Positions 46,094 through 64,000 of a DNA stretch of 64,000 nt are shown here, in pieces. The notes below the pieces were generated by a model. It did no database searches, was not told the DNA's origin, and saw only the letters and a list, made by a program, of their open reading frames with translations. The DNA is from the human T2T-CHM13v2.0 reference genome, Homo sapiens. The stretch lies in the NCBI RefSeq assembly GCF_009914755.1, contig NC_060943.1, one strand, 5' to 3'. How positions within the stretch are numbered: position 1 is the first letter of the stretch; each line of letters begins with the position of its first letter. The translations under genes were made by a program, and so were the position numbers.

Positions 46094-46918
46094 CTGAAAG
46101 CAAAACACACCGATGCCATCAGAAGGTTCTAGAATCTTTTTTCCTTCTTCTTCTTTTTTTTTTTGCTTTATTTTTATATTTATTTATTTTTGAGACACGG
46201 TCTCACTCTGTCACCCAGTCTGGAGTATAGTGGTGTGATCTCAGCTCACAGCAACCTCTGCCTCCTAGGTTCAAGCGATTCTCCTGCCTCAGCCTCCTGA
46301 GTAGCTGCGACTACAGGCGTGCACCACCACACCTGGCTAATTTTTATATTTTTGACAGAGATGGGGTTCTGTCATGTTGTCCATCCTGGTCTTGAACTCC
46401 TGGCCTCCGGCGATCCGCCCGTCTTGCCCTCCCAAAGTGCTGGGGTTACAGGCGTGAGCCACTGCACCTGGCCTTTTTTTGCTTGATTTATTGTTTTGGC
46501 ATGGAGGTGGGTCCTGGGCTTGGCTTGTCTGTCCCTCCTGAGTTAAACTGAGCTCTATGCTTTTAGGACCTGCTGGGCCTATAAATATCAGGTCGCAGCT
46601 GGGCTGGAGTGGGATGCCCTGGGGTGGGTGACATGCCTGGAGTTGTCACCCGAAACCACTGAAGGGCTCTTGCATATCCCTGCCCTGAGCCTGAGAAAGT
46701 GGAAGTCAGGCCTTCAGGGTTCAACAAATATATCTTTTTTTTTCTTTTTGTAGGGACAAAGTCTGGCTCTGTTGCTTAGGCTGCAGTGCAGTGGTGTGAT
46801 CATGGTCACTGCAGCCTCCAACTCCTGAGATCAAGTGATTCTCCCACCTCAGCCTCCAGAAGAGCTGGGACTACAGGCCCATGCCACCATGCCTGGCTAA
46901 TTTTTAAATTTCTGGTAG

Positions 46919-47086
<168 letters not shown>

Positions 47087-47518
47087 TGAGGTCAGGAGTT
47101 TGAGACCAAGCTGGCCAAAATGGCGAAACCCAATCTCTACTAAAAATACAAAAATTAGCCGGGTGTGGTGGCACACACCTGTAGTTCCAGGTACTCAGGA
47201 GGCTGAGGTGGGAGGATAGCTTGAACGTGCGAGACGGAGGTTGCAGTGAGCCGAGATCATGCCACTGTACTCCAGCCTGGGTGACAGAGCGAGACGCCAT
47301 CTCTAAAAATAAATAAATAAATAAACAAAGTAGTATGTGAGGCAGAGAAAACTTTCGCCCTCATAGAGCTTGACCTTCAGTGCATGGTATACAGTGGGTG
47401 CTTAATACATATTGATTGACCAACTGAGTGATGGTCTAGGAAGCAGACTCTCACACAACGGCCATTTCCATGACCTTTGTTTCATTTTCCTTCTTGCACT
47501 TCTCGAAAATCCTCTTAG

Positions 47519-47815
<297 letters not shown>

Positions 47816-48272
47816 TAATCCACCTGCCTTGGCCTCCCAAAGGGCTGGGATTACAGGCATAAGCCATCAGGCGGGCTTGGCCTTTTTTTTTTTTTTTGAG
47901 ACAGGGTCTCACTTTGTCACTCAGCCTGGACCTCTTGGGCTCAAGTGATCCTCTTGCCTCAGCGCCCCAAGTAGCTGGGACTACAGGCGCGTGTCACCAC
48001 ACCTGGCTAATTTTTGTATTTTTCATAGAGATGGGGTTTTGCCATGTTGGTCAGGCTGGTCTTGAACTTGTGACCTCAGGAGATCTGCCCACCCAGCCTC
48101 CCAAAGTGCTGGGACTACAGGCGTGAGCCACCGTGCCCGGCCCAGGCTGTGTTTTTTTCATCACTGCTGCATCCCCAGCACCTAGCACGGTGTTTGTGCA
48201 CAGTAGGCACTCAATAAATGTTTATTAAATAAATGAAAAACCTGGAACAGGCATGGTGGCTCACACTTGTCA

Positions 48273-48932
<660 letters not shown>

Positions 48933-49493
48933 TCAGGAGATCGAGACCATCCTGGTTAACACGGTGAAACCCCGTCTCTACAAAAAAAAAAAAAAAAAAA
49001 AAAAAAAAATTAGCCAGGCGTGGTGGCGGGCACCTGTAGTCCCAGCTACTCAGGAGGCTGAGGCAGGAGAATGGCGAGAACCCGGGAGGCGGAGCTTGCA
49101 GTGAGCCAAGATTGCACCACTGCACTCCACGCTGGGCGACAGAGGAGACTCCGTCTCCAAAAAAGTAAATAAATAAAAGAAAAGAAAACAACTAGCAACA
49201 TTTTTTTTTTCTGAGACTGAATCTCACTCTGTTGCCCAGGCTGGAGTGCAGTGGTGCAATCTTGGCTCACTGCAACCTCCGTCTCCCTTGGCCTCCCAAA
49301 GTGCCGAGATTACAGGCATGAGCCACCGCGCCCGGCCAGCAGTCTTTTTTTTCTGTTTCTTTCTTTTTTTTTTTTTTTTTTTTTGAGACGGAGTCTCGCT
49401 TTGTTGCCCAGTCTGGAGTGCAGTGGCGTGATCTCGGCTCACCGCAAGCTCCGCCTCCCGGGTTCACGCCATTCTTCTGCCTCAGCTTCTTGA

Positions 49494-49700
<207 letters not shown>

Positions 49701-50077
49701 TAAATCATTAAGTCCTTAACACAATCTTATGAAATAGGACCTCTTCCTACTCCCATTTTATAGATTGGTTAACTGAGAGCCAGAGAGGTCACATAATTGC
49801 TCAGTATTAGTGTCTGGTAAGTTGACATTTGTCCCCAGGATATTTGCATGGCTGGAGTCCCTCCTATCACTCAGTTCTGTGCTTGGTTGTTCCCTCTTTG
49901 CAGAGTACTCCTCTGGTGGAACAGACCATCTCATCTAAATTTTTAAAGTCTAAAATGGCCAGGTGTGGTGGCTCATGCCTGTAATCCCAGCACTTTGGGA
50001 GGCCAAGGTGGGCGGATCACCTGAGGTCGGGAGTTCAAGACCAGCCTGACCAACATGGAGAAACTCCGTCTCTACTA

Positions 50078-50356
<279 letters not shown>

Positions 50357-51791
50357 TCAAAAAAACGAAAACAAAAAATAAACAAAAATTAGCCAAGCAT
50401 GGTGCCATGTGCCTGTGGTCTCAGCTACTCAGGAGGCTGAGGTGAGAGGATCGCTTATGCCAGAGAGGCTGGGGCTGCAGTGAGTTTTGATCACACCACT
50501 GGCCTCTAGCCTGGGCAACAGAGCGAGGCCCTGTCTCAAAAATAAATACATAAGCCAGGCCTGGTGGCTCATGCCTGTAATCCCAGTACTTTGGGAGGCC
50601 GAGGTGGGCGAATCACGAGGTCAGGAGTTCGAGACCAGCCTGGCCAACGTGGTGAAACCCTGCCTCTACTAAAAATACCAAAAATTGCTGGGCATGGTGG
50701 CGGGTGCCTGTAATCCCAGCCACTCAGGAGGCTGAGGCAGGAGAATCGTTTGAACCCGGGAGGCGGAGCTTGCAGCGAGCCGAGATGGTGCCACTTCACT
50801 CCAGCCTGGGAAGCAGGGCGAGACTGTGTCTCAAAAAATAGATAAATAAATAAATAAGATACAAATAAATAAATACAGAAATAAATTAAATTAAATTACA
50901 CTTTGTTCAGCCAAGTGTTGGCCACGTGTTCTGCTTGACTGCTTAATACCTGGGAATATCCCCACAAACACATTTTGCAATGGACATATAATTTCCCCGA
51001 CAACTCAGCAGACTCTCTGACATTTGTTCAGATTTCAGATCTGACCTGGTGGAACTGGGGACTAGTTATTCCTTCTCTGGAAGGTCTCCCTTGCTCTTCT
51101 ACCTCCACTATCTTTCTTTTTTTGAGAGGGAATCTCGCTCCGTCACCCAGGCTGGCGTGCTGTGGTGCGATCTCAGCTTACTGGAACCTCCCCTTCACGA
51201 GTTCAAGTGATTCTCTTGCTTCAGCCTCCCAAGTAGCTGAGATTACAGGCACGTGCCAGCACGCCCAGCTAATTTTTTGGTATTTTTTGGTAGAGATGGG
51301 GTTTCGCTATATTGGCCAGGCTGGTCTCAAACTCCTGACCTCAAGTGATCCACCTGCCTCGGCCTCTCAAAGTGCTGGAATTACAGGTATGAACCACTGT
51401 GCCTGGCCCACCTCCACTGTCTCTCCCCATGAATGCAGGACTGCCTACTTTGTCTCCTGGGGTTTTGCTGTCAGAGTGAAACTTATCTGTAAAAGAATAA
51501 GACTTCTCAGAGGCCTCTCAAAGGCAGTTGTTGGATTGAGCATTTTCCAAGGAGACTACTTTGAACCTTCATTTTGAATATCGGGGTTCCGATCAGCTCC
51601 TTATGTCTTGTTATTTTTGCGTTTTGTGTATCTGATGGTCATTGTTCTTCATGGCCTCCCTCCTAGGGAGAAATCAGGCCACTCCCTATTTCTGATAGCC
51701 CTAGAGTTTTGTTGATTGACTCTCGGATGTGTTTATTTTCCAGACCCAGGTTCCTGTCATGGCTAGGGGTGGCTGTTGGCCTCGTCCTTAC

Positions 51792-52086
51792 CCTCCACTG
51801 GGAATGTCTTTGTCTTATGCACGTAGTCTGCCTTGTTGTTGCAAATAACATTTCTGCTATAATCACAGGATGCCCCGGCTTCTTCACTCCATTCGACGTA
51901 ACCCCTTCCCACGAGCTCCACCTTCACTATGGGGTCCACCAGGGTGCTGTTCAGGGTTAAGATCACCTGCCCTTTTATGCTGGAGCCAGCCAGGTAGATT
52001 CTATCCTCGGGCAGCACTAATTCGATCGACTTCACCACAGACATGGGGGGTTGGGGGGTAGAGAGACATTCCTCTCTGTCCCCCAT
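51792..52086 (-). CDS. ARRDC5: ARRDC5 exon 1 coding part; second in-frame ATG at 52044 gives a 328-aa form
   Basis: Encodes [41 protein letters not shown]...TFPVE; donor |gtaagg; 295+206+528 nt = 342 aa + stop. Confidence 0.93.
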
Positions 52087-52089
52087 GTC

Positions 52090-52260
52090 CCTGAAATTCC
52101 CGGTTCGTTGGCCCTAGTGAGGTAATCCATCTATGACATCACTCAGCTCAGAGTTCTGGGAAGTGGGGACCCCAGTGGCCAGGAGGGGAGGCAAAACTGT
52201 TGTTTAGGGTGGGTGGTTGATTGGGAAACCTGTAGTCCTCACTGGTTCTTTTTCACTGGT
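52090..52260 (-). promoter_or_regulatory. Compact CpG-poor ARRDC5 proximal promoter
   Basis: Only ~170 bp of unique sequence between the ATG and the next Alu; TGACATCA 52134-52141, AACTGTTG 52195-52202, CCAAT (minus) 52220-52224. Confidence 0.55.
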
Positions 52261-52535
52261 TCTTTTTTTTTTTTTTTTGAGATGGAGTCTTACCCTGTAG
52301 CCCAGGCTGGAGTGCAGGGGTGCCATCTTGGCTCACTGCAACCTCCGCCTCATGGGTTCAAGCAATTCTCCTGCCTCAGCCTCCTGAGTAGCTGGGACCA
52401 CGGGTGCATGCCAGCATGCCCAGCTAATTTTTTGGTAGAGACAGAGTTTCACTGTGTTGGCCAGGATGGTCTCGATCTCCTGACCTCGTAATCCACCCAC
52501 CTCAGCCTCCCAAAGTGCTGGGATTGCAGGCGTGA

Positions 52536-52674
<139 letters not shown>

Positions 52675-52716
52675 TAGCTGGAATTACAGGCATGCACCAT
52701 CACCATGCTTTGCTAA

Positions 52717-52896
<180 letters not shown>

Positions 52897-52899
52897 TAG

Positions 52900-53058
<159 letters not shown>

Positions 53059-53207
53059 TAAAGACTCTACATTTATATTGGTCTATATTGGAAAAAACAT
53101 AGAGATATGGCCAGGACCTGAAATCTGGTGCGCACTGAAGTTGATCAGGGCAGTGTGTGCTTAATCTGAACATCGACACCATCAGGAAGCAGCAACTCCC
53201 TGCATGA

Positions 53208-53593
<386 letters not shown>

Positions 53594-54146
53594 TAGTAGA
53601 GACGGGGTTTCATCATGTTAGCCAGGATGGTCTCGATCTCCTGACCTCGTGATCCGCCCACCTTGGCCTCCCAAAGTGCTGGGATTACAGGCGTGAGCCA
53701 CCGCACCCAGCCAATTTTTGTTATTTTTAGTAGAGACAGGGTTTCACCATCTTGGCCAGGCTGATCTTGAACTCCTGACCTCATGATCCACCCGCCTCAC
53801 TTGGCCTCCCAAAGTGCTGGGATTACAGGCATGAGCTACCACGCCTGGCTGACATTTCTCTTTATGCCTGCATCTCCCCCATTGGATGGGAAGTCCCTCC
53901 AGGGTGAGACCTTGTCTAAGTGAACTTTGTGCCCATCAATGTCTGCGTGACCCAGGCAGGATCTGGCTCAGCCAGGAGTGGGTGTGGGGGGTGGAATCAA
54001 TAAAAGTTTGTTGAATGACTTAATGACCTCTGAGAATGTATCATTTTGCAAAAGGGAAACTGAAGCCCTTTGCACTCTAACAATTATTCCTGGCACCTGA
54101 TTTGCACATGGTCTGGTGCCTGAGAGGGAGGGACATTGAATCATAG

Positions 54147-55132
<986 letters not shown>

Positions 55133-56289
55133 CTCTAAGTGACTTGTGAGCTTTTTTTCTGAGACGCCTGGAATAGTTTGTTACTCATGTTTTTAAATGA
55201 TTAACTTGAGCAATTATTACTATTTTTTGAGACAGAGTCTCCTTCTGTCACCCAGGCTAGAGTGCAGTGGCGCAAGCATGGCTCACTGTTGCCTTGATCT
55301 TCTGGGCTCAAGAGGTCCTCCTGCATCAGTGTCCTGAGTAGCTGGGACTACAGGTGCACACCACCATGCCTGGCTAATTTATTTTTATTTTTTGTAGAGA
55401 AGGGTTCTCACTACGTTGCCCAAGCTGGTCTCAAACTCCCGGGCGCAAGAGATCAGCCTTCCTCGGCCTCTCAAAGTGCTGGGATTGCAGGTGTGAGCCA
55501 CTGCACCCAGCTGGACAATTAACCTGAGCTAATTTGAAAAATTTTGATGTTCTCAAGATGACTAGGGAACTGGAGCCCTCAATCAACAGTCCTCAGTATC
55601 TTTTCTGCAGGGAGGGCTAGATACCTCCTCTGTGACACTTAACTTCCATTATCCAAGGTGCTTAGGCTGTGCCCCTCACCACGTGTACATGAAGAATGCA
55701 TGCCCAGCCAATCACAGTGGCTCATGCCTGTAATCCCAGCACTTTGGGAAGTCCAGGCGGGCAGATCACCTAAGGTCAGGAGTTTGAGACCAGCCTGGCC
55801 AATGTGGTGAAACCCCATCTCTACTAAAAATAAAAAATTAGCCGGACATGGTGGTGCGGACCTCTAGTTCCTGCTACTGGGGAGGCTGAGGCAGAAGAAT
55901 TGCTTGAACCCAGGAGGTGGAGGTTGCGGAGAGCCAAGATCATACCACTGCACTGCAGGCTGGGCACCAAAGCAAGACTCCATCTCAAAAAGAAAAAGAA
56001 AAAAAGAAAAAGAAAAATGTATTCCCTCTTTCAGCCACGTTGAGTTTTCGCAACAGCGCTACAAACAGATGATGTGTTCTGATAGAAATAGGCTAGGTTC
56101 CTGCAGCAGGTGCTGTCATTTTGGAAGAGCTCAAGCCGTCTCACACCCTCAGGTGGGCCTGCTCATACCTGTGGTGTGGGTTCTACCTGGCTGATGGCTG
56201 AGGGTCTAGAATTGTGTGCAGTAGCGTTGATCGTGTACTGAGGTTGCAAACAGTGAACAGCACCATCTGGACATCGTGGATTAGAATGC

Positions 56290-57520
<1,231 letters not shown>

Positions 57521-58734
57521 TAGGGACATAGCAGAAGTCCCACTGACCAGATAGAGGAGACTTAATAGAGTGACGAAGAAACTGTAAAAAGCTAAGTGGG
57601 AACTCAACATTTTTCTGCTCACAGCTCTCAAGGGAAAGACCAAAGTCCTCCCCGGTGGCCTTCAAGGTATTATATATCACCCCTCTGACCTCAACTCCCC
57701 CTCCCCTTTGCTCAGTGGGCCCCAACCACACCAGCCCCTTCCTGCTCCCTGGACACCTCTAAGCCTTTTCCGGCCTCTGGGTTTGACTTTCCCTCCTAGA
57801 CCCATCTGTCCTTGGAGTCTCATCTCCGATTCCAGCTCAAATGTCATCTTCTCTGAGAGGCCCACCGCAGTGGCCCCAGTGAGAGAGTATCCTCTCTCCC
57901 CGCCTCCCACCACATGGCTGCTGGTCACTCTCCTATAAGGAATCATCTGAAATTATCTGCTTTAGTTATTCATTTCTTGCCTGTCTCCCCCAGATAGGAA
58001 TTTTCCCTCCCTGAGACCACCAACTGGGTCTGCCATGTACACCGCTGGGTTCTGCAGCTCTGAGCAACCTGTCCGGCTGCTTTGTAGGTGCCCAGCACAG
58101 GTCACTCCTGTGCCCGCCAGGACTGGTCAGAGTGGAACAGACAGGGCGGAGGGGGCAGGGCAGCCCTGCCCGCCTGGACAGCCTGGAGAAGGCGGGAAAA
58201 CGAGGCGGGAAAAGACAGCAAACAAGCCCTGCGGGTGGGTAGAGTGGGGAGCCCTGGCAGGCCCTGACGCCAGGCAGTGGGGCTTGGGGCGATCGGGCGA
58301 GCCATCAGGGTGCAGGTGGTCTCCTAGGGGCCCCCCACATTCCCTCGCAGTATTTACACATTGATTCCGGCCTTCTTAGACCTACTGGTCAATGCGTGCG
58401 AGTGGGGGGCTGCGAACGGACTTGGACTTAAGAGTTCAGGGGGTCTGTACCCTGGGGGTCCCCAAGGCTCCTGGGGTGTCCACGTGCGGGGGGTGACCAG
58501 GCCCTGCCACGCAGCCCCTTTGCACGCTGGGCGCGCCCAGCAGAGCGCGCAGGGCTGGGCGGAGCCGTGGCCCACTAGGCGGAGGCGCCGTGGACAGAGG
58601 CGGGGGCGCCCCCCACCCTCTTTCTCGCTTCCCGCCACTGCGTCGGCCAATCAGGAGGCAGGCGCCCGCCCCCGGCACGGCCTCCTGCGGCCCCGCAACT
58701 CCCAAATGCCGAGTTTTCGCGGGAAAAAAATCAG

Positions 58735-58887
58735 AGCAGCTGGCAGCGCGGCGGGCAGCGTTTGCCGAGCGGGCGCTCCGGGTCGCACGCAAGTCCGCGC
58801 GGGGTCCGGGCCACGCACGCGGTTTCATCGCCATCCCCAGCCGGGCCACGCGCGCAGGCAGACAAGCTGTTCGCGGCGACCGGAGAG
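58735..58887 (+). other. UHRF1: UHRF1 non-coding first exon 1a (start approximate)
   Basis: Follows the CCAAT+E2F module; donor gag|gtgagc at 58888. Confidence 0.8.
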
Positions 58888-59344
58888 GTGAGCGGGCGGG
58901 CCGGGTCGGGGTGCCAGCCCGGGCCGGGCGCACGGGGCTCGGGAACTTTGCAAAACTTTCCCGCGCGGCCAGCCCGGGCGCACGCATGTCCCGCACTCTG
59001 TCCCGGGATCCAGGGCCTCCCCTTCCACCTAACCCTCGGGAATCGTTCCCCGGCACACATCCGGCTGGAGCCGGGACCAGCGCTGCGTCCCCGGAGCCCG
59101 GCGGGGGGTCGAGCGCGCCGGGTGGGGGAGGGCCTGGCGAGCCGCCGGGGAGGATGTCAGGCTCCGCGCCTGCGCGCGGGGCGCCCCGCGATTCAATTGT
59201 CGCGCCCGAGCCCGATTTCGCGCGCCCTGAGTTCCCCGGGAGCATCTGGGCCAATGGGGAGCGAGCGGGGCGGGGCGGCCGGGTGCTGCGGAGCCAATAA
59301 GAGGCGGCTCAAGTGAAGGGGGGCGGGACTTGACGAGCGGGGGC

Positions 59345-59478
59345 CCCCTCTGTAGTCCCGGCGGCGGGGGTGGGCGTGGGCTCGCTGGCGCGACCCGCGC
59401 GGGCCAGTGGGAGTGCGGGAGGGACGCCGAGGGTCCAGGGTTTGGAGGGGCGCGAGCTGCCGGGGGTTGGAGGTCGAG
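59345..59478 (+). other. UHRF1: UHRF1 alternative non-coding first exon 1b (start approximate)
   Basis: Follows the second E2F/2xCCAAT/GC-box module; consensus donor gag|gtgagt at 59479. Confidence 0.65.
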
Positions 59479-59934
59479 GTGAGTCGCGGGGCGCGCGCGC
59501 TCGCGGGTGGCCGGGACGGGGCGGCCGGTTACCATGGCCACCGCGGGGCGGGCCCGGTCGCGCACGCGCGCGGGGGGGGCCGGCAAGGAGGGGGGGCGTG
59601 GGCACCGAGGGGTCCCGGGGTCCGCGGATCTCGGGTGGGGTTTTTCCCTCTCAGTGGCACTTGGTTGAGTTCCCCCGGGACTTCTGAAGTTCCGGCCCGC
59701 GCTGGACTTCTGGGATTCCCTCTTCCGTAAATAGGAATCCGAGGAATGAATGAATCAATGAATGAATGAATAAACGAACCAACTCGGCCACTTGGCCCGG
59801 GCCTCCTTTCTCCTCTGGTCGTGGGGAAGGAGGGATGGGTTGGACCTTCTGCTTTTCTTTCAATTCCCTCTTTTCATTCTCCTTCCTCCTCAATCTTCAA
59901 CACTTGGCTAGTCGTTAATGCCTTAAGTGCTTAA

Positions 59935-60501
<567 letters not shown>

Positions 60502-62504
60502 TAGGGTCTGGGCTTTTAAACTTCTTTTTTCAAAGCTCCGCCTCAAAATAATGGCTAGAGAAAGAAGTTTTGGAGGTGGCCGATGGAAGGCTGAGGAATT
60601 TTCGAGAAAGGGCCCAGGACCATCTGGTAGCTAGGACGGAGGGGACCAGGTTTTCTTTTTTAAACATCCACCACCAATTGCTCTCAGCCTGTACCGGTTA
60701 AGCATCAGACCCTGCGAGTGTTTGTTTCTAAAAATTTGGATTAGCTTATTCAGAGTCTGGAGATGGCGCTTGCTAATCAGGAATTTCCGCCACCCTGAGC
60801 CTGCTGTGCTGCGGCTGCTGCTGACCTGGGGCGTGTGGTCCCCGAGGGGTCCACCGACCCTCGTCTCTTTCTCTGTTCTGTCTCCAGCCCCTCGTTGCAT
60901 TTAAAATGTCCCCCTTTGATTTCATAGCTGCCACGTTTGGGGCGCTCCCTCCATTGGCACCTGGGGGTGGAGGTGCTACTTTGGTTGGTGTTTTTGTGGG
61001 GGACTGTGGGACCTACTGGGAGTGGGGTTTCCCGGCAGGATGAGACAGTGTGATCGAAGGTGTAGGTCCCATCTGCTGGAGTTGGTTGGACCGTGGGGAC
61101 GGGCGTAGACTACTGGAACTGGATTAAAAGTCGTCAGTTGAGCTGCGTGTACCCCACTGTGTTGTTGTTGGATTTTGAACCGGGTACTGCTGCCATCTGG
61201 TGTCTAGGTTGGAAAATAAACACTGCGCCCGGCCAGGGGTTTTTGGGGGCTGGGAGGATCATGCCTGCTCACTCCAGATGAGACCTGATGATTAATTTCT
61301 CTGGCTTGCATGCCATAGGAGACCTTCATTAGCCCTCTTCCCGTAAGAGACGTGATGACTTGAGTCTTAAGAATCTGAGTTAACCCGCCCTGCCCCGGGA
61401 GGAGGCGATCTGGAGAACTTGGGGAGTTGACGGTGCAAGCCGCGTGTGTGCAGAGAAGAGGCAGGGCCGGGCTCGACAGAGGAGCTCCGCCTGGCGCTCT
61501 CTTCCTCCCTCCTCCTATGATGCGTGCTCCCTTTGTGGCATCCAAACTGATTTTGATTTGCCACTCAGCCTATTGGGTCAGCACAGAAGGCTTCATTTCA
61601 CAAAGAGTTTCTGAAGCCTGCAAGGACCTTCTAAGTTCACAGCGTAGGTCAGTGGCGGGTTGGACTCTCATGCTCCCAAGTTCAGGAGAGGAGATAATGC
61701 TGAGTATCCACTCTATGCCAGCCACCGAGCTAGCATTTTAACTTTTGCATTTCAACCATGCAGGAATGGGAAAACACCTAGACACACCTGCCATGTAGAT
61801 TTCACCATCGGTATTCTGACTTATTAGGTTTATCTTGAAGCGCTCTGTCTTTCTCTCTGCCCGCCAATCCATCTTTTTGGGATGCATTTCAAAGTAAGTT
61901 GCAGACACCAGTCCACCTTTCCCTTATTACTGCAGCACACCGTCAGTACCTAGAGCTCAGTATTTGTTTTTGGTTCTGTTTTCATTGATTTTTTTTGTTG
62001 TTGTTCCTATTTGAGACAGGATCTCACTCTGCCCAGGCTGTGTTGCAGTGGCACGATCACAGCTCACTATAGCCTCAGCTTCCTGGGCTCAAGCAATCCT
62101 CCAGCCTCAGCCTCCCAAGTAGCTAGGACTATAGGCATGCACCACCATGCCTGGCTAGTTTTTGTATCTTTTGTAGAGATGGGGTCTTATTATATTGCCC
62201 AGGGTGGTCTCCTGGGCTCAAGTGACCCTCCTGCCTTGGCCTCTCAAAGTTTTGGGGTTACAGGCGTGAGCTACAGTGCCGGACCTAAAAGCTTTGTCTA
62301 TAGTGAAACAGATGTTAGACAGACTGAATAATTTTGACAAATGTCTACATCCATGCAACCCAAAACCCCTATCTCCCCTCATTTGTAACATAATACTTGA
62401 GTCATACAATAGTGTCTGTCACATTTCTAAGTTTAGTGTGACAATGACAGGAACACGTATGTTAATTAGACATGTACATTGTGCTTTTTTTTTTTTTTTT
62501 TTGA

Positions 62505-62645
<141 letters not shown>

Positions 62646-63038
62646 TGATTAATTTTTTGTATTTTTAGTAGAGACGGAGTTTCACCATGTTGGCCAGGCT
62701 GGTCTTGAACTCCTGACCTCAGGTGATCCACCTACCTCCGTCTCCCAAAGTGCTGGGATTACAGGTGTGAACCACTGCACCCAGCCACGTACATTGTGCT
62801 TTTAATTGTCAGGATGTCCGCAGTGATGACACCTGGCCCTAGCCTTGCCGGAACTCACCCGGACTGAACAGGGAGCTGGGATTGGAACCTGGGATTTTGG
62901 TTTCTGAGACTGGGCTCTCAACACTGAATTTCGTCTCCCAGGTCAGCTCTGGTAGTTATGAAAAGATTCAGTGTTCCTGTGTAACCTTCATAACCGCCTC
63001 TTAGTTCCCTTACCCTGTGGCTGTTTCCCATGCAGTAG

Positions 63039-63338
<300 letters not shown>

Positions 63339-64000
63339 TGAACCGTCGCATCCGGCCCCCATGCAGTAGCTTTTAAGAGATCGTGTCGTTGCTTCTGTCT
63401 TCCGGGCCACAGAGAGGTGATGCAGTTTCCCCACTTGCATGGCTGGGAAAGTGAGCTGGCAGCAGGGAGGTTTGGACAGTGGCGGGAAGGCGGGACAGAG
63501 GCACACAGCAGCACCTCCCAGAGCGTGAAGTCTGCAGGCACCCAGGCTAACGTGATAGAAAGCAACACAGTTCCCGGTGGGCACAAATGGGCAGTTGTCC
63601 TTATAGAATGTTCTAGAGTGTTCACAGTCTTTTTTTTTCCCTGTTTAAAGAAACCTGGCCTAGCAGCCCAAGGTCTGCAGTGAAGTTGATGGAGACCCCA
63701 GAGCAGAACAGAGTTGGGTCTGTCTCGGAATATGGAGGATCTCGTGGTGGTCTCACTTGGGCTGAATAGGGTGACAGTGATGTCACTTGATGGGCGGGAA
63801 CGCAGGGAGCTGATCGAGGGCAGTGACTTTGGGCAGACGGCCCAGCCTAGGCAACGGGAGAGGCATCTGCGGCCCCCACCCCTCAATCTTTTTTTTTTTT
63901 TTGGCTGCACATCAAAATAACAATAGCTGTCTTTTGCGGCACCTTTAACCTGCTCGGGTACAACGCTCTGCACTGTACATAATCTTTTCAGCATCCCTGG

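Larger units (their letters stand above)
58390..59720. promoter_or_regulatory. UHRF1 CpG island with two promoter modules
   Basis: Very high CpG/GC; E2F sites TTTCGCGGGAAA 58715-58726, TTTCCCGC 58957-58964, TTTCGCGC 59216-59223; CCAAT at 58647, 59251, 59294; GC boxes. Confidence 0.92.

Noticed and set aside
58361-59730. Long ORFs (up to 272 aa) over the UHRF1 promoter
   Set aside because: CpG-island artefacts

Overview
Human genomic DNA, recognised from the proteins as the chr19p13.3 PLIN3-ARRDC5-UHRF1 interval. It is extremely Alu-dense (well over half the window by eye). It contains the 5' half of PLIN3/TIP47 (minus strand, exons 1-5), all of ARRDC5 (minus, 3 coding exons, 342 aa) and the CpG-island promoter plus first coding exon of UHRF1 (plus). 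Almost all ORFs in the supplied track are Alu or GC-rich artefacts. I found no new gene or prokaryote-style system. The most unusual signal is a cluster of Alu-primed copy/template-switch scars between about 19.7 and 50.3 kb: a ~2.2 kb tandem duplication with a chimeric Alu junction; a younger ~0.6 kb copy-back that triplicates a 265-bp octamer/hairpin element; a near-perfect 255-bp copy moved 16.8 kb into ARRDC5 intron 1; and two inverted templated insertions, one preserving the empty pre-insertion site of an AluY. Also present are an AluYa5, an L1 fragment with a possible mini 3' transduction, re-used L1-endonuclease sites, candidate CTCF sites and a candidate divergent spliced transcript at the PLIN3 promoter. 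Coordinates and identities were read by eye; repeat-family calls come from memory of consensus sequences.
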